Origin: an uncultured archaeon
GTDB taxonomy: Archaea; Thermoproteota; Nitrososphaeria; Nitrososphaerales; Gagatemarchaeaceae
Reading direction: 5' to 3'
DNA length: 64,000 bases
Assembly: GCA_963817525.1 (NCBI GenBank)
Contig: CAWFOU010000007.1
Location: forward strand, 64,001-128,000
Shown here: one piece after another, positions 1 through 10,110 of the stretch
Position numbering within the stretch: the first letter of the stretch is position 1
Layout: every line of letters starts with the position of its first letter
Notes under the pieces: generated by a model
Seen by the model: the letters and a program-made list of their open reading frames with translations, nothing else
The model's database searches: none
Told to the model about the DNA's origin: nothing
Translations under genes and position numbers: made by a program

Positions 1-69
1 GAGGCACTCGAGTCGCTGAGGAAGATCGGGGAGGCAACGCAGGTCGGGCAGACGAATCGCGAAACATAA
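1..69 (+). CDS. 3' end of an upstream CDS (partial)
   Basis: Frame 1 is open (EALESLRKIGEATQVGQTNRET) to TAA at 67-69; converges on the tRNA. Confidence 0.4.
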   Translation, partial: EALESLRKIGEATQVGQTNRET

Positions 70-134
70 CTCCCGGAATCTGTCCGTGTTGGCCCTAAAT
101 CGCCCAGAATATTCCTAGATTGGTGAAAAATAGG

Positions 135-221
135 TGCGGCCGGGGGGATTCGAACCCCCGCAACAGGCTCTTTCCTCACAGGAATGGGAAGCCAGTATCC
201 TAACCACTGGATCACGGCCGC
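135..221 (-). tRNA. tRNA-Gly(CCC) with 15-nt intron at canonical position 37/38 (intron 170..184)
   Basis: Reverse complement GCGGCCG-TG-ATCC-AGTGGTTA-GGAT-A-CTGGC-TT-CCC-A[TTCCTGTGAGGAAAG]A-GCCTG-TTGC-GGGGG-TTCGAAT-CCCCC-CGGCCGC-A folds as a cloverleaf; CCA not encoded. Confidence 0.93.
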
Positions 222-317
222 GCTGCGCCAGCGAACCCGAATGCCAGTATAAATGAGGTTAGCCCGTTCGCAATCATCGCTGATTGGGGATTAAATAATT
301 GACAGCAATTGAGGACG

Positions 318-706
318 ATGAACATCCGAACCATCGGCGCAATCCTCTACTGGTGTGAAGGCAGCAAAAGAGAGAAGGACTGTCGCGTCGAATTCGTAAA
401 CTCTGACCCCGAAATGATCTCGCTATTCATGAGATACCTTCGAAGCAAGAGGATTGAGGAGGCGCGAATAAGGGCGAGGATGGCCATCCACGTCCAGGAC
501 GACGAGTTGGGTGTGCAAGGACTTCTGGAAGAAAGTAACCTCCCTAGAAGATGCCAATTTCATGTCCACAATTGTGAAAAGCCCTAGCTATTCGAGGAAA
601 GCCACTACCATACGGCACCCTCACTATTCGATACAACTCGCTAAGCCTCCTGCGGCAAATCATGGGGGAAATCTACGCGCTCGTGGAAGACCATTCTAGG
701 ACTTGA
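318..706 (+). pseudogene. LAGLIDADG-like domain protein, split by two +1 frameshifts
   Basis: Joined frames read LYWCEGSK...VEFVNSDPEMISLFMRYL...CKDFWKKVT...PLPYGTLTIRYNS to TGA at 704-706. Confidence 0.55.
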
Positions 707-749
707 CCCCAGAAACCTGTATAAGCCGAAGCGAGGGCCGCAGCTGACC

Positions 750-1391
750 GTGCCGAACCGAAGGGGGAAGGACCTCCTCAAGAGCCCCCAGATATTGAAG
801 CAACTAGAGTCCCTCGACAAGGGGGGGTACGCGAGGTCCTCCAGGAGCGGGAGGAAGCCCGAGACCAACCTCTACAGCGGCCTCGAAGAGGAAAGGCTCC
901 AGACGATCTTCCTCGACGACCCATCTTTCAACTTCGACTACGCCCACATCCTGCCGAAGACCGAGAAGTGCTCGGTTATGCACGGGCACACGTCCTCGGC
1001 GCTGGTCGAGATAGTGGGGTATCCCGTAGACGGGATGGTCGTCGACTTTAACCACGCGAAGCCGATAATCAGGAACGCGATCGCGGCCCTCGACCACAAG
1101 CTCTTCATAGGCGAAAAGTACGTCACGGGAAGGACGCCCACGCACGTGGACCTGAGCTTCGCGACGGTCCACGGGGACTTTGGGCTCCACGTCCCAAAGG
1201 AGACCGCCGTCCTCCTGGAGGGCGAGGCCACGGTGGAGAACCTGGCCCAGGAGCTCCTAAGGAGGATCGCTCCGAAGATGCCCCAGAACGTGGAGGCGGT
1301 GGGGGTCTACGTCTACGAAGGGCTGAACAAGGGCACCCACCTGCTGGCGAGGCTCCACGAAAGAGGAGCAGAGAAGAGACGGAAGCGATAG
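750..1391 (+). CDS. queD: 6-carboxytetrahydropterin synthase (QueD/PTPS family)
   Basis: FDYAH...C..MHGH, VVDF, LDH and T.ENLA motifs; adjacent to queC. Confidence 0.85.
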   Translation: MPNRRGKDLLKSPQILKQLESLDKGGYARSSRSGRKPETNLYSGLEEERLQTIFLDDPSFNFDYAHILPKTEKCSVMHGHTSSALVEIVGYPVDGMVVDFNHAKPIIRNAIAALDHKLFIGEKYVTGRTPTHVDLSFATVHGDFGLHVPKETAVLLEGEATVENLAQELLRRIAPKMPQNVEAVGVYVYEGLNKGTHLLARLHERGAEKRRKR

Positions 1392-2017
1392 TCCTCCTGT
1401 CGGGCGGGATAGACTCTGCCACCTGCCTCTGCATGGCGAGGAGGGACGGGTACTCCGCGAGGGCTCTGACGATAGAGATCCACGGGACGGCCGCCGCTGA
1501 GCTGCGGGCGGCGAGGCTCCTCGGCAAGCGCGTCGGGGTCCTGGAGCACAGGTTCGTGAGGATGCCGGACGTGAGGGAGGCGGGGGACATCGCGGGGTCG
1601 AGCGAGCTCACGAGGAAGGAGGTCCCCGCCACCTACATCCCCTTGAAGAACGCCGTCTACTACTCCCTGGCCGCGGCCTACGCGGAGGAGAAGGGAGCGG
1701 ACTGCATCATCGGGGGGCAGAACGCGGACGACAGGCGCGTCTTCGAGGACACCAGCGAGGAGTTCTTCGCCAGCCTCCAGAAGACCATCACTGCGTCGTC
1801 TCCCAGGCTCAGGCGCTGGGGGCTCAAGGTCTTGAGGCCGTTGAAGGACAAGTCCAAGCCAGAGGTGGTCGCCCTGGCGGCGGGGATGGGCGTTCCCCTG
1901 GAGCTTACCTGGAGCTGCCACCGGTCGGGCGAGGAGCACTGCTGGAGGTGCGACGGGTGCAAGACGAGGCTCGAGGCCTTCCAGGCGGCAGGGGTCGAGG
2001 ACCCGCTCCGCCGCTAG
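1388..2017 (+). CDS. queC: 7-cyano-7-deazaguanine synthase
   Basis: IVLLSGGIDS PP-loop (in frame upstream of ATG 1433), TYIPLKN, and SC...HCWRCDGC Zn motif; true start uncertain. Confidence 0.9.
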   Translation: MVLLSGGIDSATCLCMARRDGYSARALTIEIHGTAAAELRAARLLGKRVGVLEHRFVRMPDVREAGDIAGSSELTRKEVPATYIPLKNAVYYSLAAAYAEEKGADCIIGGQNADDRRVFEDTSEEFFASLQKTITASSPRLRRWGLKVLRPLKDKSKPEVVALAAGMGVPLELTWSCHRSGEEHCWRCDGCKTRLEAFQAAGVEDPLRR

Positions 2018-2152
2018 CGCCTGAAGGTGAGGTCCGGGCGCTGTAGAATGCCTGGGCGACCGCGGCGTCTGGCTCAGCGGGAATTTCTGCTGAAATCTTC
2101 CTCCAGTCCGCGTCCGTGGGGGCACGGGCGATACGGGGGGAATCCTCCGGGT

Positions 2153-2908
2153 TCAGATGTCTTTCAGGTAGAAGTAGGCTGAAGAGAGCGCTGTCGAGGC
2201 CGCAGAAATCGCGAGGAAGCCTGCGACTGTCTCCCAGTCCCCGATAGTCCACGCGCCCCTCGCAATCGCCGGAAGCCTGTCCATCAGGTCGCCGGGGGAA
2301 AGCACTCCGAGGCCCAAGGCGGGGAAGAAGAACGTCATCGAATACCAAAGGACGAGGAGCGTGACGATCGCCATGACGCTGTTGGGCATCGCGATGCTGA
2401 GCCCCACCCCCAGGGCCGTTAGCATCGCCATGGTCAGGGCCACGACCAGGATGGCCGACGACAGGCCCAGAGAGTCGGCGCCGCCGCCCTCCAGCCTAAG
2501 GGCGAGCCCGACCAAGACGGCCGTCACCAGCGAGAACGTGAGGAGGGTGTAAGCTATGCGCGACGCGAATTTCGCCAGAACGTAGTCGAGACGCGTCACA
2601 GATTTGCTCATTATCGAGTCCGCGAGCTCCCCGGCTTCCGACGAGACCGAGCTCGCCGCCAGCCCTATCAGGACCAGCGCCCAGATGTAGACAAAGTCGG
2701 AGAGCCCTGAGGAGACCACGGCCGGGGCCGTGGCCGTCGCCTGCGAGCTCAGCGTCCTTATGACCTGGATGAAGACCGCGGCCAGGAGCCAGCCGTAGGT
2801 GATCCTGCTCCTGAACACCCCCTTCAGGTCGGCCTCGGAGATCGCCCAGAAGGCCCCGAGCGACGACTTCCGGCTAGGCTGCCCTGAGGAGTCCGCGCGA
2901 TTCTTCAT
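2153..2908 (-). CDS. ABC-2 type transporter permease
   Basis: About 6 TM segments; SSEAGE...SKSVTRLDYVLAKF motif; overlaps the ATPase gene. Confidence 0.85.
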   Translation of the reverse strand: MKNRADSSGQPSRKSSLGAFWAISEADLKGVFRSRITYGWLLAAVFIQVIRTLSSQATATAPAVVSSGLSDFVYIWALVLIGLAASSVSSEAGELADSIMSKSVTRLDYVLAKFASRIAYTLLTFSLVTAVLVGLALRLEGGGADSLGLSSAILVVALTMAMLTALGVGLSIAMPNSVMAIVTLLVLWYSMTFFFPALGLGVLSPGDLMDRLPAIARGAWTIGDWETVAGFLAISAASTALSSAYFYLKDI

Positions 2909-3836
2909 CTCTAAGCAGCCCCACGAAGGCGTCCTCTATGGTCGACCCTGAAGCTACAGAGATCAGGTCCAGCCCGCTCTGCGAGACCAGGTCGGACGCC
3001 TCCCTCACTGCGTCTGCCATCGTAATGTCTTGGGCGAACGAGATGTCGACTGCGAAGCCAGATCTTCTCTGGACGCCCACGACCCATTTCAACGCCTTCA
3101 ACGCTTCGCAGAACTTGTCCACGTCCCCCTCTAGCTCGAGGCGGACGACGTTGGCGCGCGCGCTCTTCTTCAACTCCTTGATCGAGCCCGAGAATATGCA
3201 CTTGCCGCCGCTTATCACCCCCACGTCCGTGCATATCCGCTCGACGTCGCTCAGTATGTGAGACGAGACCACGATGGTCTTCTCTCTGCCGAGCTCCTCT
3301 ATCAGCTCCAGGGTCGACTTCCTCCCCTCGGGGTCGAGCCCCGTCGTGGGCTCGTCGAGTATGAGCAGCTGGGGGTCGTTCATGAGTGCGGCCGCGAGCC
3401 CCAAGCGGGTCAGCATCCCGGTGGAGAACCCGGCGATCTCCCTGGACGAGTCGCCCAGGAGCCCGACGGAGCGCACGAGGGCGGAGAGGCGCTTCTTCCT
3501 CTCCTCCTTCTCGATGTCGAAGAGCCTCCCCACAAAGTCGAGGTATGCTATCGGCGTCATCTTGGGCGGGAACCTGGGGTTCGTCGGAAGATAGCCCATC
3601 ATCTTTCGCAGGCCGGCGGACCCGGGCGTCATCTTCTCGCCGAAGACCTTTGCCTCGCCCGCGGACGGCCGAATCAAGCCTAGGAGCAGCCTGATCGTCG
3701 TCGTCTTGCCGGCGCCGTTCGGTCCGAGGAAGCCGTAGATGGCGCCCTGCTCCACCGAGAAGCTCACGTTATTTACGGCGATCAGCCTCTCGCCGAAGAT
3801 CTTGGTCAAGCCGTTCAGTTCGATGACCCGGCTCAT
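2874..3836 (-). CDS. ABC transporter ATP-binding protein
   Basis: Walker A GPNGAGKTT, signature FSTGM, Walker B LILDEPT, H-loop SSH. Confidence 0.95.
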   Translation of the reverse strand: MSRVIELNGLTKIFGERLIAVNNVSFSVEQGAIYGFLGPNGAGKTTTIRLLLGLIRPSAGEAKVFGEKMTPGSAGLRKMMGYLPTNPRFPPKMTPIAYLDFVGRLFDIEKEERKKRLSALVRSVGLLGDSSREIAGFSTGMLTRLGLAAALMNDPQLLILDEPTTGLDPEGRKSTLELIEELGREKTIVVSSHILSDVERICTDVGVISGGKCIFSGSIKELKKSARANVVRLELEGDVDKFCEALKALKWVVGVQRRSGFAVDISFAQDITMADAVREASDLVSQSGLDLISVASGSTIEDAFVGLLRDEESRGLLRAA

Positions 3837-3986
3837 CGGCGAGACACGGAAGTTCGAGTTCGCCGCGGCGTATTAAGCCGTTCCAGGAGGGGCGTCCGTC
3901 ATCCCTGAATCGATGCGCCCGCGCCCGGCCTCCTCCAGCCACTTCTCCTTCCTTCACCCTAGGGCATTAACCCCTACGCGTTTAAT

Positions 3987-4000
3987 ATCGCGAAAAAGGT
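3987..4000 (+). repeat. Putative attL direct repeat
   Basis: Identical to 39234..39247; patchy similarity (CTTCTCC, ATTAACCC) extends ~45 bp leftward in both copies. Confidence 0.6.
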
Positions 4001-4221
4001 ATAGCGCCAGAATATTTAAGGGAATATGCCGGACGATTTTCGTAAAATCCTCCGACCCGTGAAGACTAACAAGAAAAAGACGAAGGATGTCGCCGGTCGA
4101 GGGCCTCTGACCTGCCATCGCCGTGTTCAAATCCTGCTTACACGATCGCTGACAAAGATTCAACCGGCTAGATTCGCGCGACCAAACAGGAACCTCCGTT
4201 TCCAAGAATATTGATTCAAGC

Positions 4222-4647
4222 TCACTCGTGAGTCGGTCGTCGCTTTCTTACCAAGAGGGAGAGCGCTTCTGCCACGGTGATAATCCGGATCCCGCCAAAT
4301 GCGTGCAGCTCCAGCATGTGACGGTCTCCCGTGACAATGAAGTCTGCCTCCCCTGCTTTCGCCGTGCCCAGGATCTTGTCGTCGGGGTCGTTCAGGACTC
4401 TGACTTCAGGCAGGGACCTGACGAAGACCGCCCCAGAGAGCAGGGCCTTCAGGAATGCCGAGGCGGCCGCTTCATCAAGGTAGCGCCTAATCCTCGCATC
4501 GGAACTCACCCTCGAGAACTCCTCCACGATTGGTTCCGAGACTATCACCGCGTGTTGTGGACCAAGGAGCGTCTTGAGCAAGCGCCGAGGTTTTCCGCCT
4601 TTGATTAGAGCTGACACGAGGACGTTCGTGTCAAGGACTGCTCTCAT
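4222..4647 (-). CDS. PIN-domain toxin (VapC-like)
   Basis: VLDTNVLVSA, DPDD, IVTGD motifs; downstream of AbrB-type gene. Confidence 0.9.
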   Translation of the reverse strand: MRAVLDTNVLVSALIKGGKPRRLLKTLLGPQHAVIVSEPIVEEFSRVSSDARIRRYLDEAAASAFLKALLSGAVFVRSLPEVRVLNDPDDKILGTAKAGEADFIVTGDRHMLELHAFGGIRIITVAEALSLLVRKRRPTHE

Positions 4648-4656
4648 TGCGTAGCG

Positions 4657-4929
4657 CTAGCTCTTACCGTGCCGATATCTCTGGACGATCTTGTTTATCT
4701 CGACTTCAGTGAGCCCTTCTTGTTTCCTGCTCCTTTCTTCGACCCGCCTGAAGACCGCCTCAAGCTGGCTCTCGACATCCTTGACCTCCAGCTTCTTCAT
4801 GATGAGGGTGTCGTCATGAGGATAGACCAGGAGCTTGCTCTTCGCCCCAATTCCGAGTCTCTGCCTCATGCTCTGAGGTATTACCACCTGACCCTTGCTG
4901 CTGACTACCACGACGTCAGGCTCCTCCAT
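4657..4929 (-). CDS. AbrB/MazE/SpoVT-family antitoxin
   Basis: VSSKGQVVIPQSMRQRLGI motif. Confidence 0.9.
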   Translation of the reverse strand: MEEPDVVVVSSKGQVVIPQSMRQRLGIGAKSKLLVYPHDDTLIMKKLEVKDVESQLEAVFRRVEERSRKQEGLTEVEINKIVQRYRHGKS

Positions 4930-5292
4930 TGCTATCTCGAGTCCTTCTTACTTTCTTACTTTAATAGTTTACTGCACCAGCGTAAGAATTGTGTGCCGCT
5001 TTGAACTCAAATATTTGGGCTAACGTCCCACCTCTTGGCATACACTTACCCAAGCCAATGTAACATGTTCGCGTCATTCCTTTTCGTCATGGTTCTACAG
5101 GTTCAAGCGCTGCCCTTGGCACACTTTTACCATGCCAAGGTTACACGTTCTCGCGTTATTCCTGTTCGCCAATGGTCTACAGGTTCAAGCTCTCCATTGA
5201 CCCTTTCGTGGCAGGGGACGATTTCGGAAATTGCTCAGAGGTGCGGGGACTAACAAGATAAAGGACGAAAGCCGGCACCGGTCGACAGTCAG

Positions 5293-5472
5293 TTGCCGGA
5301 CGACCCGGTCGTAGCCGCGGTCAAGGTCCTCCCGAAGAGGGCCGTCCAGCTGCCCCCCGAGGTCATGGAGAGGCTGGGCCTGAAGCCTAGTACGAAGCTG
5401 ATAGTCACGACGGCCGCCTGTCACGACGCCGGCGCTGACGGGCGAACTGACGAGGACGGCGCCGCCTGCTGA
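5293..5472 (+). CDS. Small AbrB-like protein or remnant (59 aa, below ORF-track cutoff)
   Basis: TTG start; VKVLPKRAVQLPPEVMERLGLKPSTKLIV resembles a swapped-hairpin domain. Confidence 0.5.
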   Translation: MPDDPVVAAVKVLPKRAVQLPPEVMERLGLKPSTKLIVTTAACHDAGADGRTDEDGAAC

Positions 5473-5921
5473 CCGGGGGTCGCGGGAGGCTGACCGGGGT
5501 CACGAGGTGTGAGAGGGGGAGTCACGCACGGAGTGGGCGAGAATGGCGGCAACCACTGCCCTCTGCCAAGTGGGTCACAGGACGGGCGGGCAATCATGGC
5601 CGGGAACAGGAGGGGCCAAGGCGAAAAGAGCCCGACCGCTTGTGACCCCCGAGCATGAGCGTCTCGCTCGGATTTAGTCAGAGGCACATTGTCGCTTATC
5701 CGGAAATCAGGGCACGATATTAACCGGTGGGAGGCGCGGTGACGAGCCCTGGGGCAATCAACCTCATGCGGGGCTTTCTCGCGCCCTTCTGCGTGCCTGT
5801 CCGCGGATTCGAGGAAGGGGACTCACCCTGGCGTTCACCTCGGCTCGCGTGTTTTAGCCCGAACGACCGAATATCAGCCGAGTCTGCAAAATCGTGTGGA
5901 TGCCCCATATTCCACCCTTCT

Positions 5922-6701
5922 TCATGGTTCCACGATGAAATGAAGCACCGCGGTCTGTCCCCACTCGTCGGCGACTGCCACCGTGTAGACGCCCGGAGTG
6001 AACGGGATTGCGATCGGTGGCGTTGGAGGGGACTGCTGGCCAATGATGGGCTCGTTGAGCTCCTGCGAGTTGTTAAGGAGGTCCCAGTAGCCGTTCGTGG
6101 CAAAGGATAGAGACAAATGGTGCGGACCGAGCGTGAAGTTACCGTCGCTTGCAGGGATGTTCACTCCGGTTAGGTTGGCCATTGAACTGCTCGGTTGGAA
6201 GGTCAGGAGGTTTACGCTGACGCCTTGCGAACACCGGTAGCTGAAGGTGACGTTCGCCGCGCTCTGCAAGTCTTGAGCCGTGTAATTGCCCTTCAGCACG
6301 ACCGCCTCACCAGGAAGGTTGAGGTAGCATGGAGGCCACAGTGCCACCGGGATTCCTTGGAAGTCCCAGTCATTTGAAGTGCGTATGGAGTTGGTCGACG
6401 GGAAGGCGTTGAAGAGCGAGACGCTGGCGTTTAGGCTCTGCCCTACCTTGAGAGTGGTCGCGTTCAAAGCGAGGATCAGGTCGACGCCCGTGCTACCATT
6501 CGAATCTACCTCCATCGCCGCGGCGCCAAGGACGAAGGGCACGGTTACGGTTGATAAGGAGGTCGTGGTGGACGTGCTGACGGAAATCGAGGTCGAAGTG
6601 ATTGTCTCAGCGCCCCTCGCGCTGTTTCCAGAAAGGTAGCCAACGCCGAGGCTCGCCAAAACTAGAAAAGCGATAATCGCCGCGGTGGTCCCCTTCCTCA
6701 T
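5922..6701 (-). CDS. Membrane-anchored extracellular protein (cassette partner)
   Basis: N-terminal TM and S/T linker; paralog of 16128..17240 (LNATT, PG.YT.AV.DEW.QT). Confidence 0.75.
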   Translation of the reverse strand: MRKGTTAAIIAFLVLASLGVGYLSGNSARGAETITSTSISVSTSTTTSLSTVTVPFVLGAAAMEVDSNGSTGVDLILALNATTLKVGQSLNASVSLFNAFPSTNSIRTSNDWDFQGIPVALWPPCYLNLPGEAVVLKGNYTAQDLQSAANVTFSYRCSQGVSVNLLTFQPSSSMANLTGVNIPASDGNFTLGPHHLSLSFATNGYWDLLNNSQELNEPIIGQQSPPTPPIAIPFTPGVYTVAVADEWGQTAVLHFIVEP

Positions 6702-6748
6702 CACTGCTCGTGTGTAAGTTTGCAAGAGGCCCCACTTTACTACACCAG

Positions 6749-7657
6749 TTAAGTACCACAGGCGGTTGAAAAGGTTTCCGAGAAGTCCGAACTTGAATCA
6801 ATGCTACTCGTTGGGGTAATGTTGTCGGTCGAAGTGCCGCTGCACGAATTCTGCATTGTGATTTGGGTTTGGATCATATTGTAGAAGCTACCGCATTGGA
6901 GGGGGTTTTGCAGGGAACTAAGGTAGTAACATTCGTCGTTACCGGAGAGGGTGAGACCGCTACCTGAGTTGAAGGTTGCAAGCGCGGAGCTCGAACCCCC
7001 AACTTCTATGCGTTCCACGAGGGTTTCTGCATAATCGGTAATCGCTGTGCCGGAAGGCGCTGCGGTTGACCCGCTCGAGCAAACCCATCCGGTGCCAGTA
7101 TCTTCGAAGAGGAAGGTCCGATAGTCATTGGAGGAGCCTCCCCAATAGTAACCGTTTTCAACTTCCGCTTGCATCGAATCTCCCGCAGCTAGTGTGTCGG
7201 TGGAGGCACATTGCATTTGGTTTGCCGGATAGAAGTCCCACCATCCGAAATAAGAAGGTGTGGGACAACTCAGCGACGTGCAGTTCATTTCGGCCTCCGT
7301 GCCCGTCTGCGCGAGGAAAGACGCGCTGTTGTTGTATATACCGTTGATGAGTCCGGTCCAAACGCCTACAGTACAATCGTAAGGAGACTGCATACAGTAC
7401 GAGTTGGAAGTAGCTGTGGGCGTCGCAAAGGACATGTCGCTGTAGACTTGGTTGGTTTGGACGCCGCCATACGTTGTATGCACTTGATATCCATCAACGA
7501 TGTGGTCGGTGCCAGAAGAAGCACAGTCGCCCCTGTTCACTTGAACGTTGACTACGTGAGTCAGGCTTGGGTTCTCAAATACCTGAATTCCAACGGAACT
7601 GCCGCAGTTCGAGCTCACGGAATCACGTAGGTAGAAATTCACTGAGACTGCAGTCAT
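6749..7657 (-). pseudogene. Peptidase G1 (glutamic peptidase)-like, 5'-truncated with no signal peptide
   Basis: VWTGL, AQTGT, YFGWWDFYP, GDSM, AETLVE motifs; the homologous frame runs upstream to the TA module. Confidence 0.7.
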
Positions 7658-7729
7658 GCTCAGATCGGAACACGTGGCTGTATTGAACGAATATGACGGG
7701 CCGATTGAAACAAACGAGTAATTTGATAC

Positions 7730-8002
7730 TCATTTGTGTGGGCGGCTGACGATAGACAATCTATTCGCGCTTTCTTTCAGCAACGCTCTGGCGTTGGTGG
7801 GCATCTTTTTCATGTCGTCGCTGTTGAGCTTACCAAGAGCGATTATCTCGAAACCAATTATCTCCCCGCGGCGGTTGCGCTTACCGACGAGATTTTCGGT
7901 GATTGGTTCAGCTTCACTCTCGCTTGACGGATCACCAAGCCAGATGTCGAGGGTGTCGGTGCCTGGGTTATAGTAGAGCGACCTCACTGTTTCTGTTTCC
8001 AT
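7730..8002 (-). CDS. DUF2283-like putative antitoxin
   Basis: YYNPGTDTLDIW...GEIIGFEI pattern. Confidence 0.75.
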   Translation of the reverse strand: METETVRSLYYNPGTDTLDIWLGDPSSESEAEPITENLVGKRNRRGEIIGFEIIALGKLNSDDMKKMPTNARALLKESANRLSIVSRPHK

Positions 8003-8304
8003 ATCGAATCACCGATCATCCTTTTGGTCAAGTAGGCCGTAATAATGAAGCCATCCCCATTTAAGAACTTGACTACGGTGCAGACAAGAAGCTTCGCCTT
8101 GAACTTGCCGTAGTGGAGGTGGACGCTATGATCTCTCTTGCTCCTCCTGACCTCGACTGGTTCGGTCAGCGAGCTCTTGACGAACTCTTCCAGTCCGCGC
8201 ATGGAAGGATGCTTGACGTTCACTATGTAATCCCAGTAGGACTTGTTTATTCTGATTCTCTTCTCAAGCTTCGAAACTACTTCAAAGAGCGGTTCGGAAG
8301 ACAC
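7984..8304 (-). CDS. DUF4258/RelE-fold-like putative toxin
   Basis: W..I..KHP.M, L..P..V, GFIITAY; overlaps the DUF2283 gene. Confidence 0.7.
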   Translation of the reverse strand: MSSEPLFEVVSKLEKRIRINKSYWDYIVNVKHPSMRGLEEFVKSSLTEPVEVRRSKRDHSVHLHYGKFKAKLLVCTVVKFLNGDGFIITAYLTKRMIGDSIWKQKQ

Positions 8305-8354
8305 TGAAATTAAACGGCATCGCGCCTCTAGTTAAGAATAGCCGCAGCTTCTAG

Positions 8355-9121
8355 GATACCGTTAAGATGAGGGATTGAATCCTTTGTCTAGTCGTCTTGG
8401 TTTGATGGTTGAACGACCTTCAGGGCATACCGCACTTATGTGAACCCATACAATACGCTTCTGAAGGCCGTCCAGGACGCCCACGTCTTCAAGAGGAATA
8501 AAATTCCACCGGAGACAAAGGTGGTTGCCTCTCTGCTCTACTTGTCTGGACTATCCTACCGAGGGATGGCGTACCAGACGAGGCTTGTCGGGGCGAGCCA
8601 CGTCTCCGTCTTCAACTGGGTCCATGCGCTCAAGGGGATAGTCTCGCGCGTCCCAAGGAAGGAGAGGAAGATCGTCGCGATCGACGAGACCAAGCTCAAG
8701 ATCAAGGGCAGGCAGGTCTTCGTCTGGGCCGCCATCGACGCGGACACCAAGGAGCTCCTCGCGGTGTACGCCTCCTACTACCGGTCGCACATCAACACCA
8801 TCGTCTTCCTCAAGAGGGTCCTCGAGACGTGCATCGGCAGGAAGCCCATCGCCCTGGCGGACGGCGGGCCTTGGTACCCATGGCCTCTCAACGACATGGG
8901 CTTCAAATGGTTGCACGTGACGTTCGGCTACAGGAACACCATAGAGAGGTTCTTCCGGACCTTGAAGGAGAGGACGAGGCGGTTCTACAACAACCTGCCG
9001 TCGACGCGGATGGACAACCTCCAGTCGTTCATGGACGTCTTCATGCTCTGGTACAACCACCTCAGGAGGCACCAGGGGCTAGGAAGAATCCCAGTGGAAG
9101 TGATGCTATCTTAACGGTATC
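8355..9121 (+). mobile_element. IS6-family insertion sequence
   Basis: 14-bp perfect terminal inverted repeats GATACCGTTAAGAT (8355-8368, 9108-9121); 8-bp target duplication GCTTCTAG (8347-8354, 9122-9129). Confidence 0.93.
8440..9114 (+). CDS. IS6-family DDE transposase
   Basis: AIDETK, WAAID, DGGPWY, RNTIERFFRTLKER. Confidence 0.92.
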   Translation: MNPYNTLLKAVQDAHVFKRNKIPPETKVVASLLYLSGLSYRGMAYQTRLVGASHVSVFNWVHALKGIVSRVPRKERKIVAIDETKLKIKGRQVFVWAAIDADTKELLAVYASYYRSHINTIVFLKRVLETCIGRKPIALADGGPWYPWPLNDMGFKWLHVTFGYRNTIERFFRTLKERTRRFYNNLPSTRMDNLQSFMDVFMLWYNHLRRHQGLGRIPVEVMLS

Positions 9122-9221
9122 GCTTCTAGGACTGACAACGCTGTGAAAGTGCCTCCAGCGCGCGTTGGTGGCATTCCTGCCCGCTTGATCCTCTGGAAAC
9201 ACCACCAAGTTTGAATTTCCT

Positions 9222-9482
9222 TCAGATACGAGTTCGCTTGGCGATTTTCCCAAGGAAATAAACCCCGACGACGAGGAATCCGAAGATGGTCATCGGGAAG
9301 TATTCTTCGTTCGGCGGCGGAGGTATGCGGACGACGTTATGGTAGGTCTGAAAGACGCTGCTCACTCCCCAGGAGTTGGTGATCCCGAACAGGTACGTCC
9401 CGTTCGCGGTCATCGGCAACGATAGCTCATAGAATCCGTAGCATCCGTGGGAGAAGGCGGCTCCGCGTTCGATGTCAACGAG
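9222..9482 (-). pseudogene. C-terminal fragment of a membrane-anchored protein
   Basis: Open frame ending in a TM segment plus basic tail; no proper N-terminus. Confidence 0.4.
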
Positions 9483-9760
9483 TCATTGACGATCAGGTTC
9501 CCGTTCGGGTCTCTCATCCAGAGGCTCGTCGCCCCTCTGGTCTGAGGCCCTATCATCGCGAGCGCCTGAAAGCTCGTTAGTTATGTATGCACGTTCACCG
9601 GGCTCCCGCCTCCCCCATCGAGATTCGCTTAGGTCGTGCTGGTACCACCAAAGACGAATCCGTAGGTCTCGCTCAGGTTCCCAGGTTACTGGCGAGACGA
9701 ACGACAGAGTGGTGCCGTTCCGATGGATGAGCAGGTTGGGGCGCATTATCTGCGGCCACG

Positions 9761-10048
9761 TCAGAGGATGCCGTGTGTAGTGGGCAGTTCGCAACCCAGT
9801 TGAAAGAAAAAGTTAGTTCGTGCAAACCATTGGCCATAGCCATCTGGGCCAAGCAATACGCCGTAGCCAATAATTCCACAGCCTGCGGACCGAAAGATAG
9901 GCGTGGGAACTGAAAGCGGAGGGGCGTTAGGAGTGGTAAACCAGTAAAACACAGGTGCAAAAAAGAAGAGGGCTAACCCCACAAAAAGCGCACAAGCAAG
10001 CAAGACCTGTCTCGAACGGCGCATGAGTGAATAAACATCCCCCTTCAT
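9761..10048 (-). CDS. Small membrane protein (cassette partner)
   Basis: N-terminal TM; directly downstream of 10111..11256. Confidence 0.55.
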   Translation of the reverse strand: MKGDVYSLMRRSRQVLLACALFVGLALFFFAPVFYWFTTPNAPPLSVPTPIFRSAGCGIIGYGVLLGPDGYGQWFARTNFFFQLGCELPTTHGIL

Positions 10049-10110
10049 TTAAGGGCTATTGGCGCTAGGGCGACTTGAAAAAGGAGTTTGAACACCTCAC
10101 GGCACACCCT

